NCBI GenBank assembly: GCA_965205855.1 | Contig: OZ242184.1 | Location: forward strand, 320,001-384,000 | Direction of reading: 5' to 3' | Length of the DNA stretch: 64,000 nucleotides | Source: Thermodesulfobacteriota bacterium | GTDB lineage: Bacteria > Desulfobacterota_D > UBA1144 > Nemesobacterales > Mycalebacteriaceae | Shown here: positions 38,368 through 49,146 of the stretch, piece by piece | Position numbering within the stretch: the first letter of the stretch is position 1 | How the letters are laid out: every line of letters begins with the position of its first letter | Notes under the pieces: model-generated | The model's database searches: none | The model's input: the letters and a program-made list of their open reading frames with translations, nothing else | Told to the model about the DNA's origin: nothing | Program-made: the position numbers and the translations under genes

Positions 38368-38988
38368 TTATGAACATGGGGGAGATTCTCTGCTTGCGGA
38401 AAAAGACCCTGCCGTTCCCCTGTTGGTTTCGTAGTCTATTGTCTCACACCTTATCACTCCGTCTTCGTAAACGGCAAAGTCTTTTTTGCCTGAAACTCCA
38501 ACACTTATGGGAGATGCCTGCCAGCCGAAACCCGTAACATACAGGCCGCCCGAGCTCTCGGAGCCGCCGCTGTCAAAATCCGCCCTGATACAGTATCCGG
38601 ATTTGGGTTTTTCGCATTGTGCAAGGGTTGATGAGCCGGAATCCGCACCTTCAAACGATTCGTCCACAAGCGCATCAAAGGATTCGCAGGACTCTCCCGA
38701 ACTTTTGGGACAACGTAGCGAGGGACCGGTTGAAAGGTTCCCTATTTTGTCAACATAGTTCTGAATGCCGTCTCCGTTGGTGTCCTGAATTGCAAACTGC
38801 AATTCCGCGGAACCCAGTACCTGAAGCATTTTTTTCGCGCTAATCTCATTTGCCGAGCCTCTTGCGCTCAGAAAATTTGGAACCGCCAAACCAGCAAGAA
38901 CGCCTATGATGATTAGAACAACAAGGAGCTCGACAAGGGTAAACCCCGAATGGAGGTTTGCTTTATTATTTTCAAATATCTTTTTCAC
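38368..38988 (-). CDS. Type IV pilin-like protein
   Basis: Prepilin cleavage site G/FTLVELLVVLIIIGVLAGLAVP; C-terminal Cys residues. Confidence 0.88.
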   Translation of the reverse strand: MKKIFENNKANLHSGFTLVELLVVLIIIGVLAGLAVPNFLSARGSANEISAKKMLQVLGSAELQFAIQDTNGDGIQNYVDKIGNLSTGPSLRCPKSSGESCESFDALVDESFEGADSGSSTLAQCEKPKSGYCIRADFDSGGSESSGGLYVTGFGWQASPISVGVSGKKDFAVYEDGVIRCETIDYETNRGTAGSFSASRESPPCS

Positions 38989-39034
38989 TCCAGCTCACAG
39001 AGATACTACAACATAATAAAATGCGCGGCAATTT

Positions 39035-39823
39035 TCAGGACGCGTCTCCCGAAACAATTTTTACAAGAGAACCGTCGGCGGTTTCAATGTGAAGAAATCC
39101 GTTTTCGTCCACTTTTCTCGCTATTCCCTCAATTTCCGTTCCGTTGTTGTCTATTTTCATGCTCCGGTTCAGGTTTCCCCACTCCACCGCCCACCGGGCA
39201 ACCGTCCATTTCGGGCCCTTTGAGTTGAAATCGCCCTGCTGCCTGAAAAGATTTGCGATAAGCACGGAGGAAATATCCGCCCTGTCAACTCTGTGTCCGA
39301 GGACATCGGACACGGAAGTTACGCTCCCGGAAAAATCTTCCATGAGTTTTTGAATTTCACTTCGGGATATGTTGATGTTAACCCCGATTCCTATAACCAC
39401 GAAATCGCAGAATTCTCTGCCGGGCTCGGATTCGGAGAGAACACCTGCGATTTTTTTCCCGTCTACCAGTATGTCGTTTGGCCATTTGATTTCCGGTTTG
39501 ACGCCAAAAGTTTTGAAAGTTTCGCAAAGCGCAAGCGATGCCATTAAAGTTGAAGCCGGGCAAAGGGAAACCGGCACCCGCGGACGGAAAAGAATTGACA
39601 TAAAAAGATTACCGCCGCGCGGAGAGATCCAGCGCCTTCCCAGTCTTCCGCGTCCGTGGGTCTGGATGTCCGCCATGACGATTGTCCCGTCGCGTGCACC
39701 GTTTCGTCCCATATCGTACAAAGCCGTGTTTGTGGAAACCGTTTCATCAAAGAAATGAACGTCTCCCTTGTAGGACGACACAGCCGAATCGATTTTTAAT
39801 TTTTCGCTTTTTGAAAATCCCAT
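39035..39823 (-). CDS. birA: Biotin-[acetyl-CoA carboxylase] ligase (no HTH)
   Basis: STN, QTHGRGRLGRRW, KWPND, KKIAGVL. Confidence 0.95.
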   Translation of the reverse strand: MGFSKSEKLKIDSAVSSYKGDVHFFDETVSTNTALYDMGRNGARDGTIVMADIQTHGRGRLGRRWISPRGGNLFMSILFRPRVPVSLCPASTLMASLALCETFKTFGVKPEIKWPNDILVDGKKIAGVLSESEPGREFCDFVVIGIGVNINISRSEIQKLMEDFSGSVTSVSDVLGHRVDRADISSVLIANLFRQQGDFNSKGPKWTVARWAVEWGNLNRSMKIDNNGTEIEGIARKVDENGFLHIETADGSLVKIVSGDAS

Positions 39824-39890
39824 TTCAAATTTCCGTTACGACGGGAAGTATGCTTTAAAAAGCGTGCCGAACGCAAGCGGATTAAGCAGA

Positions 39891-39918
39891 TTGACAAAGC
39901 ACCGCTTTACTCTATAAT
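39891..39918 (+). promoter_or_regulatory. sigma70 promoter of the tRNA / zinc-ribbon / rnhA / rnpB unit
   Basis: Consensus TTGACA-16 bp-TATAAT. Confidence 0.8.
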
Positions 39919-39946
39919 ACGGTGCTGACTACCGGAGGCTCGGCTC

Positions 39947-40020
39947 GGGCCCATAGCTCAGTTGGTCAGAGCAGCGGACTCATAATCCGTTGGTCCCAGG
40001 TTCGAGTCCTGGTGGGCCCA
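39947..40020 (+). tRNA. tRNA with CAT anticodon, most likely tRNA-Ile2 (lysidine-modified); CCA not encoded
   Basis: GGGCCCA TAGCTCAGTTGGTCAGAGC A GCGGA CTCATAA TCCGT TGGTC CCAGG TTCGAGT CCTGG TGGGCCC A. Paired 1-72, so not an initiator tRNA. Confidence 0.93.
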
Positions 40021-40040
40021 AACTTGATGGAAATAACCTG

Positions 40041-40772
40041 ATGCAGGAAACTGAAAGCGTAGAAAACAGCGTCCAAAAGCAAATAGACACTCTCAAAGAA
40101 CTTCAGTCGGTTGATATAGAACTTAGGGAAATAGAAAGGGGTTTACAGAAATATCCCGGAGAAGTTTCTGTTTTCAAAGATGAAATTCAGACCGTTAAGG
40201 AGTCTCTTACGGAAAGGAAACTCCGGATAGAGGAATCCGACAAGTCAAAATCTCTTCTGGAGAGAAAACTGTCCGAAAAGAAAGACTACGTTGAGAAAAC
40301 CGAAGAGCGTCTTCTCAGGATAAAAACCCACAAAGAATACGAAGCTTTGCAAAAAGAACTGACCGATGCGAAAAGGGACTGCATTGAGATTGAAGACAAC
40401 ATTCTGAAAGTGATGGAAGGGTTTGAGAAATTGAATTCGGAGTCCGAGGAACTGGCCAATTCTCTAAAGGAAAAAGAAGAAAAATACGGGCCAAAAATCA
40501 GCGAGTTTGAGAATATTATCAAAGAGCTTGAGATCAAACATGCCCCGCGCCGCAAGGAAAAAGACTCAATCGCCGGGCTACTCAACCCCGAAGTGCTCCC
40601 TCTCTACACGAAAATATCAGCAAGAACTCCTATTTTCCTTTCCCTAGCGCGCGCGGAGATGTGCACAAACTGCAATATGAATATCCCACCCCAGATGTTC
40701 AACGAAGTTCTGACCAAAACCAAGATAATCCAGTGTCCGAGTTGTAACAGAATTCTGTATTGTGAAGACTGA
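40041..40772 (+). CDS. Coiled-coil protein with C4 zinc ribbon (DUF164 / CT398-like)
   Basis: L.ELQ..D, KEYEAL.KE, CTNC...IPPQ...CPSCNRILY. Confidence 0.9.
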   Translation: MQETESVENSVQKQIDTLKELQSVDIELREIERGLQKYPGEVSVFKDEIQTVKESLTERKLRIEESDKSKSLLERKLSEKKDYVEKTEERLLRIKTHKEYEALQKELTDAKRDCIEIEDNILKVMEGFEKLNSESEELANSLKEKEEKYGPKISEFENIIKELEIKHAPRRKEKDSIAGLLNPEVLPLYTKISARTPIFLSLARAEMCTNCNMNIPPQMFNEVLTKTKIIQCPSCNRILYCED

Positions 40773-41181
40773 AAACGAGAGTTTTGCCGTTGCCCACATA
40801 GACGGAGCTTCGAAGGGCAATCCAGGAAAGTCCTCCATAGGTGTTGTAATCACAAGCGCTGAGGGCAGGACAATTACAAGAATCAAGAAATTTATCGGAA
40901 CTGCGACAAACAACCAGGCAGAATACAGAGCGTTCATAACCGCATTGCAAGCCGCAGCCAAATTTGGCTTGACCCGTCTGCATGTCAATACCGATTCGCT
41001 TCTGCTTGCGAATCAAATAAACGGCAAGTGGAAGGTCAGGCATCCCGAAATCCTCTCGCTTTTCAAAGAGGCGAAAGAAGCCAAGAAACTCCTTGAAGAG
41101 GTTTCTGTTTCCCATATTGGCAGAGAGCAAAACACCATCGCCGACGGTCTTGCAAACGAAGCCATAATGAACTACGCTTGA
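40762..41181 (+). CDS. rnhA: Ribonuclease HI family protein
   Basis: DGASKGNPG, TNNQAEY, DS.L...Q, HI.RE.N..AD.LAN. Confidence 0.9.
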   Translation: MKTENESFAVAHIDGASKGNPGKSSIGVVITSAEGRTITRIKKFIGTATNNQAEYRAFITALQAAAKFGLTRLHVNTDSLLLANQINGKWKVRHPEILSLFKEAKEAKKLLEEVSVSHIGREQNTIADGLANEAIMNYA

Positions 41182-41186
41182 ATTTT

Positions 41187-41550
41187 GCGAGTCGGTCGGG
41201 CAGTCGCCCGGGTTTTATAAACCCGGGAGGAAAGTCCGGGCTTCTCAGGACAAAGCGCCGGCTAACAGCCGGGTGCCGCGAGGCAACGGAAAGTGCCGCA
41301 GAAAACAGACCGCCGGTCCTTATTGGACGGGTAAGGGTGAAAAGGTGGTGTAAGAGACCACCGCGGAAAACGGTAACGATTTCCGGCATGGTAAACCCCG
41401 CTTGAAGCAAGACAAATATGGAAACACTGCGCGTTTTGCGCGGGAGGTTGTCCGTCTCCATGTTTCCGGGTTGTTGCTACAGGCGACCGGTAACGGGCGT
41501 CGCAGATGAATGGCTGCCCTTGACAGAACCCGGCTTACAGACCGACTCGC
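41187..41550 (+). ncRNA. rnpB: RNase P RNA (type A)
   Basis: GAGGAAAGTCCGGGC, GGTAAGGGTGAAAAGGTGGTGTAAGAG, ACAGAACCCGGCTTA; terminal helix GCGAGTCGGTC/GACCGACTCGC. Confidence 0.97.
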
Positions 41551-42380
41551 TATTTAAGAACATCAACAGTGATTTTTTTATCAATAAGCCCTTTTTTAAA
41601 CGCTTTTTCGTAAAGCAATCCGATTGCCGCTTCGCCGTTCTTTCCAATATCGCGCGTGTATTCGTTTACATACATCAAAACAAAGCGCTCGGCTTTCTCG
41701 CGGCTTATACCCCGTGAAAAACTCATCGCGTATTCAAGCGCCTTGTCCTTGTTTGAAAGCGCGTATTCTATGCTTTCGCGGTGCAGCCTGAGCGCTTCCG
41801 AAGCGATTTCTGCGGGCGTGTTCCTTTTTATCACATTCAGTCCGAGCGGAAGCGGAAGGGATGTGTCTTTTTTCCACAAAACCCCGAGGTCAAAAACCAG
41901 ATTCAAGCCTTCGTTTTCGTAGGTAACCTGTCCCTCATGTATGAGAAGTGCGCAGTCGGTTTTGCCGGATTTTACCGCGTCTGTTACCAGATCAAACGGC
42001 ATTTCAACCGGCGTGAATCCTTCCGCGTAGAGGCGCAGGAGAAGATACGCGGTGGTCAGTTCTCCTGGTACCGCAACCGTTTTTCCCTCCACGGAATCAA
42101 AATTGGAGAGAGAAACCACCACCGGGCCGTAGCCAATTCCCATGCTTGCCCCGCATGACATCACGCGGTAACGGTCTTTGACGGTGGGATAGTTGCGTGC
42201 CGATATGGCGGTCATTTCAAGCTCGCCCCGAAGTGCTCTTTCGTTTAAAGACTGTATATCTTCAACCACATGAACGATTTCCAGAAGCGGTGAGGAAACT
42301 GCCCCGCATGACATCGCGTAAAACATAAAAGCGTCATCGGCGTCCGGGCTGTGTCCGAGTTTCATGGAAATTTTTTTCAT
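41550..42380 (-). CDS. mqnD: 1,4-dihydroxy-6-naphthoate synthase (futalosine pathway)
   Basis: GHSPDADDAFMFY, DIQSLN, GASMG.GYGP, LIHEGQ, LPLG, YVNE. Confidence 0.9.
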   Translation of the reverse strand: MKKISMKLGHSPDADDAFMFYAMSCGAVSSPLLEIVHVVEDIQSLNERALRGELEMTAISARNYPTVKDRYRVMSCGASMGIGYGPVVVSLSNFDSVEGKTVAVPGELTTAYLLLRLYAEGFTPVEMPFDLVTDAVKSGKTDCALLIHEGQVTYENEGLNLVFDLGVLWKKDTSLPLPLGLNVIKRNTPAEIASEALRLHRESIEYALSNKDKALEYAMSFSRGISREKAERFVLMYVNEYTRDIGKNGEAAIGLLYEKAFKKGLIDKKITVDVLK

Positions 42381-42417
42381 AATTGTGTTTCCGTCTCCTC
42401 GCGGGTTTACCCTGTGA

Positions 42418-43251
42418 TTAGGGGTAGAAGTTAACCTTGATTTCGCCCGCGGTTTGTCGTTTCGGGTTTTGTTCGCGTTCTCCGAGTTTAGAGATGAGCA
42501 GTCCGAACTTCAACAGACCCTCAATTTCCTCCGGGCCCAGATTGTATCTTATTTTGTTTTCAAGGTAGTCGCGGCAGATTTTTTCGCTGAGTTTCGGAGA
42601 CGGGCGCTGTGTTTGTGCTATCTCCGGAAGCATTTTCATTCCTCTGTTTTTTGAAGAAATAAGCGCTTGCACGGCGCGGGCGGGGTTGAAGCCAGGGCGT
42701 GCCGCGAAGACTGCGTAAACAAAGGGCAGTCCTGTAATTTCAGTCCAAATCTCGCCTAGGTCAAAACATAAGGGAAACCCTTCGGGCGGAGACGTAGAAA
42801 GCTCAAGCCCGGCGTTCCCTATGACGAGACCCGCGTCAACTTCCGTAAAAAACCGACCGCCGTATTCGCGTTTTTTATAAGCGGGCTTTACGCCGTTGAA
42901 TAACTCAAGTATTACCCTGAGCATCATCGCCGAACTGCTGGAGCCGGAGTCCACGGCGACAGTTTTGATTTCCTCAAGCGGTTTTGTGGAAAAAACGACC
43001 ACACTGCTCACTTTTCCGAAAGACGATATGCAGACATCTCTAAAAACCCTGAAACCGGGGTGGCTGAAGATGTCTGCCGCAGGCAGAAGAGATATGTCAA
43101 CTTCGCCGTTCAGCATGATTTCGCAAAGACCCGAAGGGGGATGCTCGGACACCTCAAATCCTTGCGTTATGATTTCCGACCCAAGGTCGTGAACAAGCGG
43201 TTTTGTGTTCAGAAAAGGCGGAACACCAATTTTAATTTTATCTGCTGGCAA
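42418..43251 (-). CDS. mqnA: Chorismate dehydratase (futalosine pathway)
   Basis: FLNTKPL, ISS.G.V.SV, LVIGN.., DLGEIW...TGLPFVYA. Confidence 0.88.
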   Translation of the reverse strand: MPADKIKIGVPPFLNTKPLVHDLGSEIITQGFEVSEHPPSGLCEIMLNGEVDISLLPAADIFSHPGFRVFRDVCISSFGKVSSVVVFSTKPLEEIKTVAVDSGSSSSAMMLRVILELFNGVKPAYKKREYGGRFFTEVDAGLVIGNAGLELSTSPPEGFPLCFDLGEIWTEITGLPFVYAVFAARPGFNPARAVQALISSKNRGMKMLPEIAQTQRPSPKLSEKICRDYLENKIRYNLGPEEIEGLLKFGLLISKLGEREQNPKRQTAGEIKVNFYP

Positions 43252-43268
43252 ATCCGGTCTCTCACTCG

Positions 43269-44348
43269 CTAAGCGCGCGCATCATGGCTGCCATCAGAGC
43301 TTCGCCATTCCGAAGGGATAAATATCTTTTTGAAAACCGAAACCGCATATGAATCTGTCATTCCCGCAATAAAATCGCAAACCGCTCTCTCATGAGTGTC
43401 TTCGGGATGCAGGGGTTTGATTCCCCATTTCTCTTCAGCCTCGCGGGCGTTTTCACAGAAATGTATGTAAAGAGATTTGACAATCTGCCCGCCTTTTTCC
43501 GCTTCCGTTTTGACCTTTTCCATCAAATAAACCCTGTTGAACATATATTCCCTGATTCCAACCATGGCCTCTTCAAATTCGGGGCTGATTGATATTTTTT
43601 TGTATTTTTCAAGCATACTCTGTGAGACAATGTCTCTTACGGTTCTGTCCAGCCTTTTTGAACAGTCTTTGCCGAGAACCCTGACGCATTCCTTCGGTAG
43701 GTCATCTTCCGATATGATTCCCGACCTTACCGCATCGTCTATATCGTGATTCGCGTAGGCAAGCATGTCCGACACTCTTACCACTTGACCCTCAAGGGTT
43801 TCGGGCGCGTTTTTCCCGCCATCTATGGGACCGCGTCCCTTTGAGTGTTTCGCTATTCCATCCAGCACTTCATGGGTCAGATTCAACCCCTTTCCCCGGT
43901 TTTCAAGGGAAACTGCAACCCGCACACTGTGCTTCACGTGTGAAAAACCTTCTGGAAAAACATCGTTCAACGCTCTTTCCCCCGTGTGCCCGAAAGGCGT
44001 ATGCCCTATGTCGTGTCCCATCGCTATGGCTTCGGTCAGGTCTTCATTCAGGGAAAGTGCCCTCGCTATCGTGCGCGCGATTTGGGAAACCTCAAGTACG
44101 TGAGTCAGGCGGGTTCTGTAATGGTCATTAGTTGGAGAGAGAAACACTTGCGTTTTATGCTTCATTCGCCGGAAGGTTTTGGAATGGATAATGCGGTCTC
44201 TGTCGCGCTGGAAGGGTGTTCTCATAAAGCACTCATCTTCGGGTCTGGCTCTTCCTTTTGATTCTGAACTCAGAGTCGCAAAAGGGGAGAGCAAGATGCT
44301 CTCTTTTTCCTGAAACTTTTCCCGGATGGATTTTCCTTTCTTATTCAT
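43269..44348 (-). CDS. dgt: Deoxyguanosinetriphosphate triphosphohydrolase
   Basis: [40 protein letters not shown]. Confidence 0.95.
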   Translation of the reverse strand: MNKKGKSIREKFQEKESILLSPFATLSSESKGRARPEDECFMRTPFQRDRDRIIHSKTFRRMKHKTQVFLSPTNDHYRTRLTHVLEVSQIARTIARALSLNEDLTEAIAMGHDIGHTPFGHTGERALNDVFPEGFSHVKHSVRVAVSLENRGKGLNLTHEVLDGIAKHSKGRGPIDGGKNAPETLEGQVVRVSDMLAYANHDIDDAVRSGIISEDDLPKECVRVLGKDCSKRLDRTVRDIVSQSMLEKYKKISISPEFEEAMVGIREYMFNRVYLMEKVKTEAEKGGQIVKSLYIHFCENAREAEEKWGIKPLHPEDTHERAVCDFIAGMTDSYAVSVFKKIFIPSEWRSSDGSHDARA

Positions 44349-45106
44349 ATCCTTACGGAAACCCCCCTTGAGGCGAGATAATGCTTTGTTTCCATTATGC
44401 GGCAGTCTCCGTAGTGAAAAATTGAGGCGGCAAGCAGGGCGTCCGCTCCTCCGGCGGTGGCTCCCTCAAAGAAATGTTCCTGCAACCCAACCCCTCCGGA
44501 TGCGATAACGGGGATTTTTACCCTTTCGCAAACCGCTTTTACAAGAGGTATGTCATAGCCCGCACGCGTACCGTCCCTATCCATACTTGTAAGCAAAATT
44601 TCCCCGCAGCCCGCCTTCTCCATCTTTTCCGCCCATTTTACTGCGTCAATATCCGTGGGCTTTCTTCCGCCGTGCGTATGGACTTCCCATAAACCATCTT
44701 TGCCCGTGGAGCGTGCGTCAACTGCGACCACAATGCACTGACTTCCAAATTTCTTCGCGCCGTCGCGCACAATGGCCGGGTCCGCGACCGCAGCGGTGTT
44801 TATCACAACTTTGTCTGCTCCGGCGAGAAGTATGGCGCGGACATCCTCAAGCGTTGATATTCCCCCTCCTACCGAGAGTGGAACAAACACATTCTCGGCG
44901 GTTTTTTCAACCACATCGATGATTGTTTTTCTGCCCTCATGCGATGCGGTTATGTCAAGAAAAGCTATCTCGTCCGCCCCTTCTTCCGAATAGCGCGCCG
45001 CACATTCAGCCGGGTCTCCGGCGTCTTTCAACTCCACAAATTTGACGCCCTTTACAACTCTGCCATCCTTGACATCAAGACACGGAATAATGCGCTTTGA
45101 GAGCAA
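44345..45106 (-). CDS. hisF: Imidazole glycerol phosphate synthase cyclase subunit
   Basis: [28 protein letters not shown]. Confidence 0.97.
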   Translation of the reverse strand: MLSKRIIPCLDVKDGRVVKGVKFVELKDAGDPAECAARYSEEGADEIAFLDITASHEGRKTIIDVVEKTAENVFVPLSVGGGISTLEDVRAILLAGADKVVINTAAVADPAIVRDGAKKFGSQCIVVAVDARSTGKDGLWEVHTHGGRKPTDIDAVKWAEKMEKAGCGEILLTSMDRDGTRAGYDIPLVKAVCERVKIPVIASGGVGLQEHFFEGATAGGADALLAASIFHYGDCRIMETKHYLASRGVSVRI

Positions 45107-45108
45107 TG

Positions 45109-45831
45109 TCAGGAAAACCTCCGAATGGCGCGCTCAAGTTTGATTCCGCCCGAATAGATAGCTCTTCCCACTATCACGCCCCGAAGCCCGGCGCTCTCAA
45201 AAGGTAGGATTTTCTCTATGTCTTCCTCGCACGAAACTCCCCCGGAAGTTAAGACCGGAATCTTACATATGCCGAGAAAATCCTCCAGACGCGACAAATC
45301 AACCCCGCTCATTGTTCCGTCCCTATCAATATCGGTTCTGATTATGAGACTGATTCCCGAGTCCTCAAGCATTGAGATTGCCTGTACCACAGAAACCCCT
45401 GAATTCTCCGTCCACCCTTTGACCGCAACCGAGTTTCCCCGAGTATCAAGCCCGACCGCTATTCTACCAGGAAAATCCTCGCACGCCCTTTTTAAAAAGC
45501 CGTTTTCTTCAAGCGCCGCGGTGCCGATTATCACCGTTCGCACTCCGCTCGAAAGGTATATCCTCACAGCTTCAATATCTCTGATTCCTCCCCCCACCTG
45601 CACCGGGCATGACACGGACTCCGCGATGGAAGTTATCAAATCGGTATTTTCTGGCTCTCCGTTAAACGCGCCGTCCAAATCAACAAGGTGTATGAGTTCC
45701 GCCCCGCATCTTTCCCATTCCCGCGCTACTGCGACCGGGTCGTCCGAGAAAACGGTTTCGGTTCCTTTCTCTCCTCTTACAAGCCGGACGCATTTCCCTT
45801 CCCTGATATCTATGGCGGGTATTACTATCAT
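45109..45831 (-). CDS. hisA: ProFAR isomerase
   Basis: [34 protein letters not shown]. Confidence 0.96.
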   Translation of the reverse strand: MIVIPAIDIREGKCVRLVRGEKGTETVFSDDPVAVAREWERCGAELIHLVDLDGAFNGEPENTDLITSIAESVSCPVQVGGGIRDIEAVRIYLSSGVRTVIIGTAALEENGFLKRACEDFPGRIAVGLDTRGNSVAVKGWTENSGVSVVQAISMLEDSGISLIIRTDIDRDGTMSGVDLSRLEDFLGICKIPVLTSGGVSCEEDIEKILPFESAGLRGVIVGRAIYSGGIKLERAIRRFS

Positions 45832-45915
45832 TGCAACCGTCTAATATACATACAACCGCCTGCGCGCGATTTATGGGATTTTTAACCTCTCTCGACAGCG
45901 TATATAATCTAACCG

Positions 45916-46332
45916 ATGAATTACTGGCTCGTTAAGTCCGAACCGTTCAAATATTCATGGAAAGATTTTGTTCGCGACGGTCGCACATACTGGGACGGAG
46001 TCCGCAACTATCAGGCACGCAACAACCTTTCGGCGATGAAAAACGGCGATTTGGCTCTTTTCTACCACAGCAATGAGGGGCGTGAAGTTGTCGGAGTGGC
46101 AAAGGTGGTCAAGGAGAGCTACCGAGACCCCACAACCGATGATGAGCGATGGGTTGCCGTTGATTTTGAGCCAGACTCGGTTTTTGAGCACCCGGTCGGG
46201 CTTGGTGATATTAAAACCGACCCGGTTTTGAAAGAAATGAGCATTGTAAAACAGAGTCGGCTTTCGGTGATGCCGGTTTCAAAAAAACATTTTCATGTTG
46301 TTCTTAGAAAAGGGAAAAACAGACCTCTGTGA
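45916..46332 (+). CDS. EVE domain protein
   Basis: MNYWLVKSEP, WDGVRNYQARN, FYHS, RLSVMPV. Confidence 0.93.
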   Translation: MNYWLVKSEPFKYSWKDFVRDGRTYWDGVRNYQARNNLSAMKNGDLALFYHSNEGREVVGVAKVVKESYRDPTTDDERWVAVDFEPDSVFEHPVGLGDIKTDPVLKEMSIVKQSRLSVMPVSKKHFHVVLRKGKNRPL

Positions 46333-47309
46333 TGGCCCTTTCAACCAATCCCGAAGAGCTTGTAAGCGAGATGTTACGCGGCAACAGAGGAGCGCTTGCG
46401 CGTCTTATAAGTCTCGCCGAAGGGGGAAAGATAAACACGGTTGAGGTTCTCGCCCGCGCGGGAGCCGAAGAAGGAGTCCCCGCGGTTATCGGAATAACCG
46501 GGCCTCCCGGAGCCGGTAAAAGCACACTTATGGATAAACTTGTGGGGAATTTCCGCACTTCGGGGCGCAAAGTCGGAGTCATAGCCGTGGACCCCTCAAG
46601 CCCTTTCACGGGCGGGGCGTTGCTTGGAGACCGCGTGCGCATGGGGAACCACTCCGGAGACGAGGGGGTTTTTATCAGAAGCCTCGGTTCGCGCGGTTCC
46701 CTCGGAGGGCTTTCCCGCGCGACTTCGGATATCATCAAACTTATGGGAGCTTTCGGGGCGGACTATATGCTGGTTGAAACGGTGGGCGTCGGTCAGAGCG
46801 AACTTGATATTGTGGGAGTGGCGGACACGGTGGTTGTCGTTCTGGTTCCCGAATCCGGAGACTCAATACAGACCATGAAAGCGGGAATAATGGAAATCGG
46901 CGATGTGTTTGTTGTGAACAAATCGGACAGAAAAAACGCCGAAGCGCTGGCGGCGGAAATACGCGGCACGATTTCTATAAGAGCCGCGAGGGGAGCCGGT
47001 TGGCACGCACCGGTTCTTTTGACACAGGCCGTTGGGGGACAAGGTGTCGGCGAACTTGCCTTGGAGATTGAAAATCACGGGAAGTTTCTTGAGCAAAGCG
47101 GACTCCTGAGAGAAAAAAGGCGAAAAAGAATTAAAAAAGACCTTATGGAGGAAGTGAGCGGAATTCTCGCCTCCTTTGCGTTGGAGGTCGTGGCGGACGA
47201 CAGAGACGGAGCGGAAATCGTGGTGGAGGTTCTCGACGGCAGTATTTCGGTGCATGACGGAGCGAAAAAGATAGCCGCGATTGTCGCAAACAGAGGCGCA
47301 AAGGCATGA
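46329..47309 (+). CDS. meaB: Methylmalonyl-CoA mutase-associated GTPase
   Basis: GITGPPGAGKST, AVDPSSPFTGGALLGDR, ETVGVGQSE, NKSD. Confidence 0.93.
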   Translation: MMALSTNPEELVSEMLRGNRGALARLISLAEGGKINTVEVLARAGAEEGVPAVIGITGPPGAGKSTLMDKLVGNFRTSGRKVGVIAVDPSSPFTGGALLGDRVRMGNHSGDEGVFIRSLGSRGSLGGLSRATSDIIKLMGAFGADYMLVETVGVGQSELDIVGVADTVVVVLVPESGDSIQTMKAGIMEIGDVFVVNKSDRKNAEALAAEIRGTISIRAARGAGWHAPVLLTQAVGGQGVGELALEIENHGKFLEQSGLLREKRRKRIKKDLMEEVSGILASFALEVVADDRDGAEIVVEVLDGSISVHDGAKKIAAIVANRGAKA

Positions 47310-48733
47310 AAAAGCAGATACTGATAAGCCGCACGCTCGGAGAGATACGCATAGCGGTAATAGAAGACGGTGTTCTTGCCGAGTTTCAAGTGGGACGGGA
47401 CACGAGTTCGCGCATATCGGGGAATATTTACAAGGCGAAGGTTCTGAATGTCATTCACGGAATAAGGGCGGTTTTTGTTGACATAGGAATGGGAAAAGCG
47501 GGCATTGTCTCATGGAAGGACATAATACGCACCGAGAATACGGTCGCGTCCGCAAGTCCGGTTACCGAAGGCGAAGACATCATAGTGCAAGCAGTCAAGG
47601 AGCCGGTTGCCAACAAAGGGCCGAGAATGAAGGCGCGCGCTACGCTTGTCGGCAAGTATGTGATTCTTTCAACGGGCTCCGATAAAACCCGCATCTCAAG
47701 AAAAATCGGCAGCGGAGCTGGCAGACAACGGTTCGGCAAGGCGCTTGAGGAGTTGCGTCCACGCGACATGGGTCTGATAGCGCGCACCGCGGCGGTTGAA
47801 ACGGATATTCATCTCATTGAAAAAGAGGTGAAAAAACTACAAGGACTCTGGGCAAACATAACGCAGCTTTCCCGCATAATGCCGTCTCCATCGCTTCTTT
47901 ACGAGGAGCCGCCGACATACCTCGGCATGATACGGGACTTTGCCTCGCCGGAGGATGAGATAATCGTAGACGACTGGGATGTTCTGCTTGAGATAAACCG
48001 ATATGTTGAAGAGAACTTTCCCGGCGAGTGCATATCCATCGGATATCACTATCCGGATTCCCCGCTTTTCAAGGATTTTGGAGTGGAGGAAGAGACGGAA
48101 GGCATATACAGAAGAAACATCAACCTGAAATCTGGCGGCGACATGATTATAGAGGAGGCGGAAGGTCTTACGGTAATAGATGTGAACACGGGGTCTGCGA
48201 CGGACGGAGGCGGAAAAACTTTGTTCAGAACAAACACCGAAGCCGCCGCGGAAGCTGCCCGTCAGATAAGGCTGAGAAATCTGGTCGGAATCATAGTCAT
48301 AGACTTCATAGATATGCAACCAAATGATATGAAGAAAATTTGCAAAACCTTTGAGGACGAAATGAGAAAAGACAGGACAAGCCATACAATTTCCGAAATT
48401 TCGGAGTTCTGCGTTCTTCATCTCACGCGCAAGAGGTCAAGGGAAAGTGTTGCAAAAACCCTTTCCTCAGATTGCGAAACCTGCCGTGGAACGGGTCTTG
48501 TGAAGTCAAGGGAAACGATTAGTTACGAAGTCATAAGAGAAATAAAACAGCACTGCGTTGTCGCACAGGGCGGCGGAATCAGGGTTCGTGCCCATAAGGA
48601 CATATTTGACACCATTGAGAGTATTGAGCCGGGGTTGTTTCAGGAATTTGAGCAAAAAGGTGTTAAAATCCTACACGAGGAGACCGATGTCGCCTCGGAC
48701 GAATTTACGGTAAAAGGAGAATGGAAAACTTGA
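47306..48733 (+). CDS. rng: Ribonuclease G/E family protein
   Basis: S1 domain GNIYK, VIDVNTG, RQIRLRNL.GIIVIDFIDM, CxxC Zn-link. Confidence 0.9.
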   Translation: MKKQILISRTLGEIRIAVIEDGVLAEFQVGRDTSSRISGNIYKAKVLNVIHGIRAVFVDIGMGKAGIVSWKDIIRTENTVASASPVTEGEDIIVQAVKEPVANKGPRMKARATLVGKYVILSTGSDKTRISRKIGSGAGRQRFGKALEELRPRDMGLIARTAAVETDIHLIEKEVKKLQGLWANITQLSRIMPSPSLLYEEPPTYLGMIRDFASPEDEIIVDDWDVLLEINRYVEENFPGECISIGYHYPDSPLFKDFGVEEETEGIYRRNINLKSGGDMIIEEAEGLTVIDVNTGSATDGGGKTLFRTNTEAAAEAARQIRLRNLVGIIVIDFIDMQPNDMKKICKTFEDEMRKDRTSHTISEISEFCVLHLTRKRSRESVAKTLSSDCETCRGTGLVKSRETISYEVIREIKQHCVVAQGGGIRVRAHKDIFDTIESIEPGLFQEFEQKGVKILHEETDVASDEFTVKGEWKT

Positions 48734-49146
48734 CTCAGAAAAGATTGGAAAAGGGAATGCTTCTTGAGAAGAATTTTGAAACTGATGTTTCAATGGCGGC
48801 GGATAGGTTTCATGAAAAATCTCCGAAAGTTTTGTCAACGGCGTCCCTCATAGGGATTATGCAAACTTCATGTGCGGAGATGATGGCTCCGTTTTTGAAT
48901 GATGATGAGATGGTTGTCAGTATAAAAATTGAAATGAGCCATTTTGGAGCCGTTCCGGTCGGAACGACCGTGAAATTAAAAACCGGGATTGCTGAAATTG
49001 TCGAGCGTCAGGTGATTTTCAACATTGAAGTTTCGGATGGACGGCAGACAATCGCGTCCGGAAAGAACAACATGTTTGTAATTGACAGAGCGAGATTTGA
49101 AAGCGGGATAGAAAGATACAAAGCCAAAATGGGAAAAGTTCAATGA
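48721..49146 (+). CDS. Hot-dog fold thioesterase (FlK-like)
   Basis: VLST..LI..M, H..A.PVG, IASG....VID..RF. Confidence 0.75.
   Translation: MENLTQKRLEKGMLLEKNFETDVSMAADRFHEKSPKVLSTASLIGIMQTSCAEMMAPFLNDDEMVVSIKIEMSHFGAVPVGTTVKLKTGIAEIVERQVIFNIEVSDGRQTIASGKNNMFVIDRARFESGIERYKAKMGKVQ

Noticed and set aside
39947-40020. tRNA as an integration site for an island
   Set aside because: No duplicated tRNA 3' end or integrase was noticed; the flanks are housekeeping genes.
39990-40040. N-terminal extension of the zinc-ribbon ORF
   Set aside because: It overlaps the tRNA; the real start is ATG 40041.
41063-41717. ORFs overlapping 41.2-41.55 kb
   Set aside because: The region is the RNase P RNA gene.
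430-49146. Fluorometabolite pathway (crcB + DUF62 + FlK-like thioesterase)
   Set aside because: The genes are tens of kb apart, each family is widespread, and the DUF62 lacks fluorinase signatures.
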